Source: a bacterium (GTDB lineage: Bacteria > UBP15 > UBA6099 > JAJRTR01). Taken from it: a DNA stretch of 64,000 nucleotides. Numbering within the stretch: the stretch's first letter is position 1; each line of letters begins with the position of its first letter. A program made the position numbers and the translations under genes. The stretch is taken from contig JAJRTR010000135.1 of the NCBI GenBank assembly GCA_024278215.1, positions 11,651 through 75,650 on the forward strand, read 5' to 3'. Below the pieces are notes generated by a model. That model worked only from the letters and a program-made list of their open reading frames with translations, ran no database searches and was not told the origin of the DNA. This document shows positions 1-8,524 of the stretch, piece after piece.

Positions 1-88
1 AAAACTGAGCGACGCGGAATCCGCCGCGCTCGCCGTATCCGCCGCAGCCGTGAAAAAGCTTTGCGCGGAAGTCGACGAGATGCTGTAA
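1..88 (+). CDS. 3' end of an unidentified CDS (C-terminal 28 aa, stop TAA at 86-88)
   Basis: The open frame runs from the window edge: ...KLSDAESAALAVSAAAVKKLCAEVDEML*. No recognisable motif. Confidence 0.3.
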   Translation, partial: KLSDAESAALAVSAAAVKKLCAEVDEML

Positions 89-105
89 GAAAAATACAGT
101 CACTC

Positions 106-284
106 GAGCCAATTGCAAAATTCTGATTCTGCTACGGTCGGCTGCTATTGACCATAGCTGCGTTGTCGGCACAAAATCGTCCTCGACGTACTCTACAAGT
201 ACACCTGCGAGGATTTTACACCTCCGCCTTGCTCTGAACAATTTCGCTCGACCTCGCTACGAACATAATTTTGCAATTGGCTCA
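106..284 (-). mobile_element. MITE-like element, family 1, copy A (reverse orientation relative to copies B and C)
   Basis: A 179 bp element bounded by 16 bp terminal inverted repeats GAGCCAATTGCAAAAT ... ATTTTGCAATTGGCTC. It is flanked by the direct repeat ACTC, a target-site duplication. It is about 88% identical to copies at 1123-1301 and 14335-14513. Confidence 0.7.
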
Positions 285-1061
285 CTCTTTTTCAAGGCTT
301 ACGAGGTAGTTGGCGCCGGTGGTGTCGCCATCTTTTTTCGGAGGCAGTGCGACGTTAAGCGAAATCAGTGTTTCGGGACCTACCTGCTTGCCGGCCCGTT
401 TTGGAATCGGTCCCTTGAGATATATACAGGAGCCGTCGAGGTCTTTCATGATCCATCTTGTTTTTTTGATCTCGTCCGGCACGTCGGCTTCGCATTTGAA
501 ATGGGGCGAGTAGATGCCCCTGATACGAAATTCACGGCCCTCGAACATATCCCAGGCCTTCAATACTTCTGATACCGCATAAGGTTTTTTGTTCATTGCA
601 GCCTGTCGTTTATGTTCTTCCAGCACTTTTTTCATCTTTTCGGCATATTCTTTTTTGATTCTTTCATACATAAGAGATTGCAGGTAATAGCCCTGCGGAT
701 ATTTCCTTAGGATACCTTCCACAGCGACGTCTTTGCCGACCCCCATGCGTGTTCTCCACGTACAGCCAGGCGGCATCGTGCCGCGTGCGTAAAGACACGC
801 GCCGCTGTCTTGCAGCATCCAGTTTAAGCCGCGTGCCGCGGGTGGGTTTTTACATGCCCCGTCCACACCCATGAACATGCCGACGACGACTATTCTTTTA
901 TTCAAGTAGGTAGCCGGGTTTTCATACACGTCCGACACGGTAACAATTATCCGCTTGCTCTCTTTCACATTATCCCGCGCCGCTTTCGTATCGGCGGCTG
1001 TCGCAACACATGCGCATATAAATATAAATACCAGAAGGAAGATAGAAGTTCGTTGTTTCAT
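282..1061 (-). CDS. secreted or membrane-anchored hypothetical protein (N-terminal signal peptide, 259 aa)
   Basis: The N-terminus MKQRTSIFLLVFIFICACVATAAD is a typical signal peptide, possibly a lipoprotein. No recognisable catalytic motif. The stop codon abuts MITE copy A and the promoter side abuts MITE copy B. Confidence 0.55.
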   Translation of the reverse strand: MKQRTSIFLLVFIFICACVATAADTKAARDNVKESKRIIVTVSDVYENPATYLNKRIVVVGMFMGVDGACKNPPAARGLNWMLQDSGACLYARGTMPPGCTWRTRMGVGKDVAVEGILRKYPQGYYLQSLMYERIKKEYAEKMKKVLEEHKRQAAMNKKPYAVSEVLKAWDMFEGREFRIRGIYSPHFKCEADVPDEIKKTRWIMKDLDGSCIYLKGPIPKRAGKQVGPETLISLNVALPPKKDGDTTGANYLVSLEKE

Positions 1062-1122
1062 TATAAAATCACCATCGACTCTTTATACATTATAATAGCA
1101 TAAACCACCTGTTTATTTGAAT

Positions 1123-1301
1123 GAGCCAATTGCAAAATTATGTTCGTAGCGAGGTCGAGCGAAATTTTTCAGAAGCAAGACGGAGGTGCAAAATCCCCGC
1201 AGGCGTACTCACCGAGTACGTCGAGGACGATTTCGCGCAGACGACGCAGCTATGGACAATTGCAGCCGACCGCAGCAGAATCAGAATTTTGCAATTGGCT
1301 C
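1123..1301 (+). mobile_element. MITE-like element, family 1, copy B
   Basis: Same 16 bp terminal inverted repeats, flanked by the direct repeat GAAT. Inverted relative to copy A, 840 bp away. Confidence 0.7.
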
Positions 1302-1475
1302 GAATGTGATTGACATCACACAACTTACATAGCGGCATAAGATAACGAAGATAGCCGGCGATTTTCGCCTATTCCGGCGGCAGCGGATTTTCGTTCAGTC
1401 GCTACATGGCTTGCCTCGAGACCGCCGTTGTTGAATAATGTATGAAATTATTTCAGTAAACGGAAGTCGAGCTGC

Positions 1476-2648
1476 ATGTCTGAATCGAGGTTTACAAAAG
1501 TACTTGCCCTGACAGGCCAGGGAATGATAACGCCGCAGATTTCGACGGACTGCACAACCGGGATGCAGAAGTCCGGCGTCGAAGCGACGACCGTAGGTTT
1601 GATGTATGACGACGATGCCGGTTTCCCGCAGGTGCGGGACAAACTGATGAATTTCATAAGGGAGAAGAAACCGGATTTCATCTTTGCCGTGGATGCGGGA
1701 ATCGTTCGTGACGAGCCCGAATTTTTCGAATCGACAGGGGTCCCGGTAGTCGCCTGGTTTGTGGACAATCCGCTGGTGGATATGGGACCGCACAACATCT
1801 TCGACAGGTTGTTTGTATTTTCGTGGGACAGGTTGTACATTGAGCCGATGCTCGATTTGGGCTGCCGCTTCGCGCGTTATCTCCCGCTTGCGACCAACCC
1901 GTCGTCTTTCAGACGATTGCCTCCCGACAGGCCGGAATGCGAACCTTTTCGTTGTGATATTTCTTTTGTGGGCAGTTCACTCGCCGACATCTCTATCCAG
2001 CCGGAACTTGAGAAAGTTGCCGATCCGCTGGTGAAAAAGGTGCTGATTGAGGTCATCGAAGCGCACAGCCGTATGCCGCACCCGCCGGTGGGCGGGCTTC
2101 GCACAGAGGCTGAAAAGAGACACGGCGTCAGGATTACGTATCATGATATGCGTGTGCTGGACTACAATCTTCAGGTGGAAGGCACATTTAAATATCGCGT
2201 CCGTGCCGTGAACCGGCTCGCGCGGCGCGGCATACATGTCTATGGCGATGACGGCTGGAAACAGATTATCGGCGACGGGGTGAAATTCCGAGGACGCATC
2301 GATTATGAGAAAGACCTGAACAAGATGTACAGCGCGTCGCGGATAAATCTCAACCTTAGCAAAACGCAGCTTCAGACGGCGGTGAACCAGCGAGTGTTCG
2401 ACGCGCCCGCGTGTGGCGGTTTCGTGCTTACAGATTATCGCGAAGACGCCGAACGACTGTTCGACGTCGAAAAAGAAATCGCCGTTTTCAGGTCGATGGA
2501 TGAAATGGATGAGCTTGTGGAGAGGTTTCTGAAGGATGACAGCGACCGTGAAGCGAGGGCGCGCAACGCCCGGCGCAATGTGCTGGCGCATCACACTTAT
2601 GCCATACGTATGCGTGAGATGCTCGCCGCCCTGGAAGAAGTTATATGA
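1476..2648 (+). CDS. CgeB-family glycosyltransferase-like protein (DUF3880 / GT1-like C-terminal domain)
   Basis: 390 aa. The C-terminal region ...QRVFDAPACGGFVLTDYREDAERLFDVEKEIAVFRSMDEMDELVERF... resembles the CgeB / glycosyltransferase-1 C-terminal fold. The call comes from sequence resemblance, not a search. Confidence 0.45.
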   Translation: MSESRFTKVLALTGQGMITPQISTDCTTGMQKSGVEATTVGLMYDDDAGFPQVRDKLMNFIREKKPDFIFAVDAGIVRDEPEFFESTGVPVVAWFVDNPLVDMGPHNIFDRLFVFSWDRLYIEPMLDLGCRFARYLPLATNPSSFRRLPPDRPECEPFRCDISFVGSSLADISIQPELEKVADPLVKKVLIEVIEAHSRMPHPPVGGLRTEAEKRHGVRITYHDMRVLDYNLQVEGTFKYRVRAVNRLARRGIHVYGDDGWKQIIGDGVKFRGRIDYEKDLNKMYSASRINLNLSKTQLQTAVNQRVFDAPACGGFVLTDYREDAERLFDVEKEIAVFRSMDEMDELVERFLKDDSDREARARNARRNVLAHHTYAIRMREMLAALEEVI

Positions 2649-2798
2649 GCTTCGCGACGTTTTTCTTTTTTTCCCATCAAACAAGTTCGAGGGTTTTTTC
2701 AGGGACTATAATAAGTGAATGTACTGTAAGGTTCTTATCGCGCTTCGAGTGCGAACATCCTGTCGCTTACGAAGCGATACAACAATATTTCCGGGGAG

Positions 2799-4535
2799 AT
2801 GCTCATGCCTGACGTAATTATAAAAAACGGAACAGTGATCGACGGAACGGGCGCACCGCGCGTGAAGGCGGATGTGGGAATCAAGGGCGACCGCATCGAG
2901 TTTGTTGGCCGGGTGCCGGCGGGCGCCGATGGATGCAAGGTGATCGACGCGACAGGCAAGTATGTGTGTCCCGGCATAATCGACCCACACTCGCACGCCG
3001 ACCTGACGATCTTCCGCGAGGAGCATCCGCGGTTGCTCGAACCGCTGGTGAGGCAGGGTATCACGACTTTCGTAGGCGGCAACTGCGGCATGTCTATGGC
3101 GCCCATCGGAGACAAATATAAAAAGCCGACCAGCGACTACCTTGAAATTTTCACCGCTATGGATGTCGAGAAGGAGATCGACTGGCGCACGACTTCCGGA
3201 TTTTTCGATGTCATCGAGAAAAACGGGCTCATCATGAACGCCGCCATGCTTGCTCCCCACGGTCTTATCCGTATCCACGAGATGGGGCTCGAACAGAGAT
3301 ACGCGACAGACGGCGAGATCGATTCGATGAAGAATGTGCTCGACGAGTGTATGGAGGCCGGCTGCATCGGCATGTCCACGGGGCTCCAGTATTTTCCGGG
3401 CTCGCAGAGCGACACGCGCGAGCTGATCGAGCTGGGAAAGATCATAAAAAAACATGATGGAATATACACGAGTCACCTGCGCAGCTACTCGAACACGCTC
3501 GGACTCGCTATCGACGAGATAATAGATATTTGCAGAACCAACGAGATAAACGGGCAGGTGTCGCATATATTTTCCATACCCGATTTCGGCAGGTTCGGGC
3601 GTCCGGTCAGGGCGGTTATCAGGGCGATGGCGAAGCTCGCGGATTACTGGGTGCCGTCGCTGCCGCTGGATATCGACACCAGAAAGCAACTCGACAAACT
3701 CGACGCGCTCCGCGAAAACGGCACAAATGTCGGCATGGACATAATGCCCACGACAACGGGTTTCACACACTTGCTCGCGTTCTTCCCGCCCTGGGTACTC
3801 ACCGGAGACAAGAAGGCAATACTCAAGCGGATCGCCGACCCGGAAATGCGCAAGAAGATATATCACGATATTGTAAACGGACACTTGATATGGCCGCATG
3901 TCGAGGGCAACACATGGTCGCTGAACCTCTTTAAACTCATGGGCTGGGAGTGTGTGCGAATAATGTCAGTAGTCTCCGAAAAAAATAAAAAATACGAGGG
4001 TGCCCACCTGCCTGCGATAGCAAAAGAGCGAGGCCGCCACCCGTTCGATGCCGCCTGTGACCTGCTGGTAGAAGAGGATGGAAAGGTGCTCATCTTCGAG
4101 TCCATCGCGAGGCCTGAAGACAACTTCACCGAGACTTCGACTTTCGCGGGCATCAAGCACCCGGAAGTTTCCATCAGCACAGACACGATTCTCATGGGGT
4201 TCGGCAAGCCGTCATATCTCTTCTACGGCACATATCCGAAATTTATCAGGCGCTATGTGCTGGACAAGAAGCTTCTGACGCTGGAAACTGCTATCAGGAA
4301 ATTATCGGGGTTGCAGGCGGAGTTGTTCAGGATCAGGGACAGGGGCAATATCAAAAAAGGCTGGTTCGCCGATGTGCTTGTGTTCGATCCGGAGACTATC
4401 GCGCCCAACTGCACATTCACGGAACCTGTCGGCACGCCGTCGGGGATCGACCACGTATTTATAAACGGCCGGCATATATTGGACGAGGGAAAGCTTAATG
4501 CAGATCCGCTCCCGGGGCGGCTGCTGAGAGCGTAG
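2799..4535 (+). CDS. D-aminoacylase (N-acyl-D-amino-acid deacylase) family amidohydrolase
   Basis: The N-terminus M(LMPDV)IIKNGTVIDGTGAPRVKADVGIKGDRIEFVG...CPGIIDPHSHAD is the hallmark start of the D-aminoacylase / amidohydrolase superfamily. 578 aa. The true start may be the ATG at 2806. Confidence 0.7.
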   Translation: MLMPDVIIKNGTVIDGTGAPRVKADVGIKGDRIEFVGRVPAGADGCKVIDATGKYVCPGIIDPHSHADLTIFREEHPRLLEPLVRQGITTFVGGNCGMSMAPIGDKYKKPTSDYLEIFTAMDVEKEIDWRTTSGFFDVIEKNGLIMNAAMLAPHGLIRIHEMGLEQRYATDGEIDSMKNVLDECMEAGCIGMSTGLQYFPGSQSDTRELIELGKIIKKHDGIYTSHLRSYSNTLGLAIDEIIDICRTNEINGQVSHIFSIPDFGRFGRPVRAVIRAMAKLADYWVPSLPLDIDTRKQLDKLDALRENGTNVGMDIMPTTTGFTHLLAFFPPWVLTGDKKAILKRIADPEMRKKIYHDIVNGHLIWPHVEGNTWSLNLFKLMGWECVRIMSVVSEKNKKYEGAHLPAIAKERGRHPFDAACDLLVEEDGKVLIFESIARPEDNFTETSTFAGIKHPEVSISTDTILMGFGKPSYLFYGTYPKFIRRYVLDKKLLTLETAIRKLSGLQAELFRIRDRGNIKKGWFADVLVFDPETIAPNCTFTEPVGTPSGIDHVFINGRHILDEGKLNADPLPGRLLRA

Positions 4536-4619
4536 TAAAGCGAAGCGGAGCGAAAACGGCATCTGTGCAGTAATTTCGGGCGGGAACAGAGCAGGCGGCA
4601 TACAGGGAAAGAAGGAGCT

Positions 4620-4889
4620 ATGGCGGGAAAAGAACAATATGATGAATTGAAACATTACAGGTGTCCGCCGCTTGGCGGGCCGGTAGACTTCAGACATTGC
4701 CGTACAGTCAATGAAGGATTGCCATGTACGAAAATGCCGGTCTGCTGGAGCAGGAAGATGGATGTGCCGGAATTTCTGCGGGAGAACTACACGGAATATG
4801 AGATATGGCAAACGCTTGCTGTAGGACGAAAGACCAGGCTGGAGACAGTCTTCGAAGCGATAGAAAAGGCAAAAAACAATGCTGGTTGA
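4620..4889 (+). CDS. small Cys-containing hypothetical protein (89 aa)
   Basis: A strong Shine-Dalgarno sequence (GAAGGAGCT) lies just upstream of the ATG. Four cysteines fall in a C-x12-C ... C-x5-C arrangement, a possible metal-binding knuckle. Confidence 0.45.
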   Translation: MAGKEQYDELKHYRCPPLGGPVDFRHCRTVNEGLPCTKMPVCWSRKMDVPEFLRENYTEYEIWQTLAVGRKTRLETVFEAIEKAKNNAG

Positions 4890-5093
4890 CAGTTCGTTAT
4901 GTTTTCAGAACGGAAACTCAATCTTTGCGGATCAGGGAAAATCCCGGAAACAACATGTAGCAACGCAAGTTGATTTTACTTGTTATTTTTCGGATTTTGT
5001 ACTATCATTTGTCAGTAAATATACCCCGTCGGGCCGAGGAAAATATCCTCTGTAGGCGGGGTATTTTATAGAAGAGTAAAGGGTATCTGCCGG

Positions 5094-6290
5094 GTGAGCG
5101 ACGAAAGAACAATTTTATTGATAGAAGCAGACGAGTCGATTTGCGACGAGATAAAAAATGCACTTGCGGACAAGCCTATCCGCTATGTCGAAGTCGATCA
5201 GGCGACAGACGCCGTGATGCAACTGGCTATCGAGGGCCCCGATGCCGCCATAGTAGCCATGGAACTGCCCGACGGCGGCGGTGTCGAGTTGCTTCAGAAT
5301 ATCCGTGATTTCGACAAAAAAATCCCGATCGTTGTTATTATGGGCGAACCGACGAAGGAAAAGATCATCGCCGCAAAACGCGCTCGTGCCGTCGACATAC
5401 TCCTCAAACCACCCAATTACGAGCGTCTCGCCCAGAAACTTTCAAACGCACTGTGGCTCGATCCGTCATTGATAAAAACTGCGGGCGAAGAAGAGCTTGA
5501 TTTTGAAACGGAAATGAAGAAACGCAAGGCCGAAATGGCAAAGGAAGAAGCCGAGCGTCCGACCGAAGAAGCTATCCCCAAAGGGGCCGAGGTGCTGAAT
5601 GTCAACGACCTGATGCCCGGCATGAAAATCGCCAAAACTCTTATGTACAATGATGTTGTATACGGTGATAAAGGACAGGTTCTTTCTGAGAAGGAAATCA
5701 AGCGATTCTCGCGCATGGGCGTACCCGAGGCATGTGTCTATGTGGATGAGCAACTCAAGAAAAAACTCGAGTTGAAGAAGAAACAGCAGGCACAGGCAAG
5801 CTCCATAAGAACTGATTCGTCCGGGGTTGCTGTCGGCGCGGGAAGCGCGCCCGGCCGCCCTCAGGAATTCGCGAAAGTCAAGCGGTCGTCCGTCAGGGTC
5901 GATGTAGAATTACCGGTGGTGATCAAAAGAAAAAGAGAAGACGGCATCGAAGAAACCATAGATGGCCTGACCGCCGATTGCAGCGCCGGCGGATGCGCCC
6001 TGCTCACGGCGATTCCACTTAGAAAAGGCGAAGAAATCGAGCTCAACTTCGAACTCGACGAAGGGCGCTTCAAAATGCACAACATCAAGGGCCTTGTGCG
6101 CCATTCTATGCGACGCTTCGGCACAGACGACTTCCCGCATAGAAACGGCATTTTCTTCACGAGCATCACCGAGCGTTTCCGCGAAAATCTCATCACTGTT
6201 CTTTTCAAACTCGAGCGCGAGAACAAAAAGATGGAAGACGAACGCCGGGCTCGCTACGGCTACGGCCCGAAACGACGCTACCGGAGATAA
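5094..6290 (+). CDS. receiver-like (REC) domain - PilZ domain protein; putative c-di-GMP effector with a degenerate receiver
   Basis: The N-terminal ~120 aa have a CheY-like fold (ILLIEADES...IVAMELPDGGGVELL...ILLKPP), but the phospho-acceptor Asp position appears to be Ala. The C-terminal region carries PilZ signatures: RSSVRV (RxxxR) and DCSAGGCAL (D/NxSxGG). Confidence 0.6.
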   Translation: MSDERTILLIEADESICDEIKNALADKPIRYVEVDQATDAVMQLAIEGPDAAIVAMELPDGGGVELLQNIRDFDKKIPIVVIMGEPTKEKIIAAKRARAVDILLKPPNYERLAQKLSNALWLDPSLIKTAGEEELDFETEMKKRKAEMAKEEAERPTEEAIPKGAEVLNVNDLMPGMKIAKTLMYNDVVYGDKGQVLSEKEIKRFSRMGVPEACVYVDEQLKKKLELKKKQQAQASSIRTDSSGVAVGAGSAPGRPQEFAKVKRSSVRVDVELPVVIKRKREDGIEETIDGLTADCSAGGCALLTAIPLRKGEEIELNFELDEGRFKMHNIKGLVRHSMRRFGTDDFPHRNGIFFTSITERFRENLITVLFKLERENKKMEDERRARYGYGPKRRYRR

Positions 6291-6295
6291 GTAAA

Positions 6296-6325
6296 CGACC
6301 ACCGACCTTGTCGGTGGCTTTGATA
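6296..6325 (+). terminator. putative intrinsic terminator after the REC-PilZ gene
   Basis: The stem CCACCGAC-cttg-GTCGGTGG lies immediately after the stop codon and is followed by a T-rich tract (ctttgat...tttaatt). Confidence 0.45.
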
Positions 6326-6426
6326 AGGTTCGTTTAATTCTTGAAAGCCACCAACTTTGTTGGTGTTATATGGTCTTACGCGCTTTCGGCTCGTTTCATC
6401 CACCAGCTTTGCCAATGGGTTTCAAA

Positions 6427-6558
6427 GTACTAATCCCAATACCGTTTACTTTAGCAACAATGATGCGCAAAAAAGCCTGTATTTTCGCGAATATTGATAC
6501 CCATACCCTCTTAAGTAAACGGTATTGGTACTAATCCGCATATTTCACAAATGCGGGT
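6427..6558 (+). promoter_or_regulatory. large imperfect inverted repeat followed by a family-2 hairpin, upstream of the ABC operon
   Basis: AGTACTAATCCCAATACCGTTTACTTT (6427-6453) pairs with AAGTAAACGGTATTGGTACTAATCC (6508-6534), about 25 bp arms with a ~55 nt loop. This is followed directly by CCGCATATTTCACAAATGCGGG, the first hairpin of repeat family 2. Confidence 0.4.
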
Positions 6559-6787
6559 GAAACGGATATTACCCTGTGGCCGGTTTCAACATTTCGTTAC
6601 CGAAAAGTTGAGTCGGCAATTTCAAGTTGTTAAACTAAGACTGTTAACCAGTTTAGTGGGGAAAGAATAATTTGTCGCCTGTTTGCTGGGGCTACAGATT
6701 CGTCGTTTCCCGGGTTTGCCATGTGAAAGCCATAACTGAAAGCGGAGGCTTTCATAAAAATCTATCGAAATAATAAAGGACAGGATA

Positions 6788-7738
6788 ATGATCGAAGTTC
6801 ATTCAGTGAAAAAGTATTACGGCTCATTCCTTGCTGTGGATGATGTGAGCTTCGATGTGCGGCCCGGCGAGATCGTGGCGTTTGTCGGCCCGAACGGGGC
6901 GGGGAAAAGTACGGTGTTGAAAATGATCGCCACTTACCTTATGCCGGATGCGGGCAGTATAACGGTAAATGGTCGCGATGTGGTGAAGAACTCGCTCGAT
7001 GTGCGCGGCTCGATAGGATATATGCCGGAGAAAAGTATCAGCTACGAAGGGATGCGCGTCGACAGGTTCCTGAAGTTTGTCGGGGAGGCGCGCGGACTGG
7101 CCGGCTCAACTTTGAAAAAGAATTTCGACTGGGTGGTGAACAGTTGCGGGATAGAGGAGGTACTGCACAAGCGGGTGGGCCAGTGTTCCAAGGGATACCA
7201 GAGGCGCGTGTCGCTTGCTATGTCGCTGATACATGATCCGGGTGTGATCCTTATGGACGAACCGACGCATGGGCTGGACCCGCTCCAGGTTCTCGCTCTG
7301 AGGGACTTCCTTAAGAGTCTCAAACGGGACAGGGCGATTCTCTTCAGCAGCCATATCTTCCAGGAGGTGGTGGCGATATGCGACCGGGTGCTGATAATAA
7401 ATAATGCGCGGCTGCTGGCGGACGGCACAGTCGTCGAGATTGCGGGCAAGGCCGGGATACCGCAGGTGGTGAACTGCGTGATCGAGGCGCCGCCCGACGA
7501 ATTGCGCGGTGCGCTCGATAGGCTGACGTCGGGCTGTGTCGGGAACTTCGTCGAGGCCGGCGCGGGGGTCGCACATGTCGAAATTGAAAAAAAGAACGGC
7601 GGACTGCGGGGCGATGTCGAGAAGATGTGTTCGGTTGCCGGCTGGTCGATAAGGTCTTTTATCGAGCAGCCGCTCGATCTTGAAATAGTGTTTGCCGAGA
7701 TTGTCAGGAAATCAAATGAGGAAGCTACTGTGCAATGA
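6788..7738 (+). CDS. ABC transporter ATP-binding protein (ABC-2 / GldA-like)
   Basis: Walker A GPNGAGKST, ABC signature CSKGYQRRVSLA, Walker B ILMDEP. The stop overlaps the next gene's start (ATGA). Confidence 0.85.
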   Translation: MIEVHSVKKYYGSFLAVDDVSFDVRPGEIVAFVGPNGAGKSTVLKMIATYLMPDAGSITVNGRDVVKNSLDVRGSIGYMPEKSISYEGMRVDRFLKFVGEARGLAGSTLKKNFDWVVNSCGIEEVLHKRVGQCSKGYQRRVSLAMSLIHDPGVILMDEPTHGLDPLQVLALRDFLKSLKRDRAILFSSHIFQEVVAICDRVLIINNARLLADGTVVEIAGKAGIPQVVNCVIEAPPDELRGALDRLTSGCVGNFVEAGAGVAHVEIEKKNGGLRGDVEKMCSVAGWSIRSFIEQPLDLEIVFAEIVRKSNEEATVQ

Positions 7739-8523
7739 ATATCGAAGCTAAAGCGGCGGTCGGTGCGTGCGTCGGTGGCGCGCCGGGCACGATAAGGGCG
7801 ATAAAGATTATTTTCTCACGTGAACTCGGGGCCATTTTCGACTCTTCTGTCGCGTATATTTATTTTATCGCTTTCACCCTTCTGACCGTCGGTATTTTCA
7901 TGAACGAATTCTTTGTCGTTTCCGTAATCGACATGACGCCATATTTCAAACTCCTGCCGATGCTCCTTATCGTTTTCATGCCCGCCCTCACTATGCGGAT
8001 ATGGGCCGAGGAAAAACGTGTCGAGACTTTCGAACTTCTCATGACTATGCCGCTGACACCGGCGCAGATTGTTATCGGAAAGTTCAAAGCGGTTTTTGTT
8101 TTCTATCTTCTGACCCTGTGCGGTTCGCTGCCCATCGTGATCATGCTGAAATCGCTCGGCTCGCCCGATCTCGGGCTGATCCTTTCGGGATATATCGGCG
8201 CGGCGCTGCTGGGCGCGCTCTTTATTTCTTTCGGGCTTTTCACATCCGGCGTCACGGCGAACCAGATAGTAGCGTTCGTGCTCGCTGTTTTTATCGGTTT
8301 CCTTTTCGTCTTCAGCGGCGACGACAGGGTGGTGTCCATTCTCGACGGCCTGACGCCACATCTTCAGGCAGGCACTTTTCTCTATGAATCCTTCTCCGCT
8401 ATCCCGCACTACCAGGCCATGACCGGCGGCCTGTTATGCGCGTCGGACGTATTCTTTTTCGTTTCCATGACTGCCGTGTTCCTGTGGTTGAACGCTATCT
8501 CGGTGAACAGGAGCCGCATTTGA
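7735..8523 (+). CDS. ABC-2 family transporter permease (GldF-like)
   Basis: 262 aa with six predicted transmembrane segments. Translationally coupled to the upstream ATPase. Confidence 0.7.
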   Translation: MNIEAKAAVGACVGGAPGTIRAIKIIFSRELGAIFDSSVAYIYFIAFTLLTVGIFMNEFFVVSVIDMTPYFKLLPMLLIVFMPALTMRIWAEEKRVETFELLMTMPLTPAQIVIGKFKAVFVFYLLTLCGSLPIVIMLKSLGSPDLGLILSGYIGAALLGALFISFGLFTSGVTANQIVAFVLAVFIGFLFVFSGDDRVVSILDGLTPHLQAGTFLYESFSAIPHYQAMTGGLLCASDVFFFVSMTAVFLWLNAISVNRSRI

Positions 8524-8524
8524 A

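Noticed and set aside
1121-1309. 62 aa ORF inside MITE copy B and its counterpart 14352-14585 inside copy C with a similar peptide
   Set aside because: The peptide conservation simply reflects nucleotide conservation of the repeat. Copy A is inverted. The ORFs lack an RBS and extend into unrelated flanking sequence.
2706-3899. 397 aa minus-strand ORF
   Set aside because: Entirely antisense to the D-aminoacylase gene, which has strong family motifs. A typical GC-rich shadow ORF with an Arg/His-rich, low-complexity translation.
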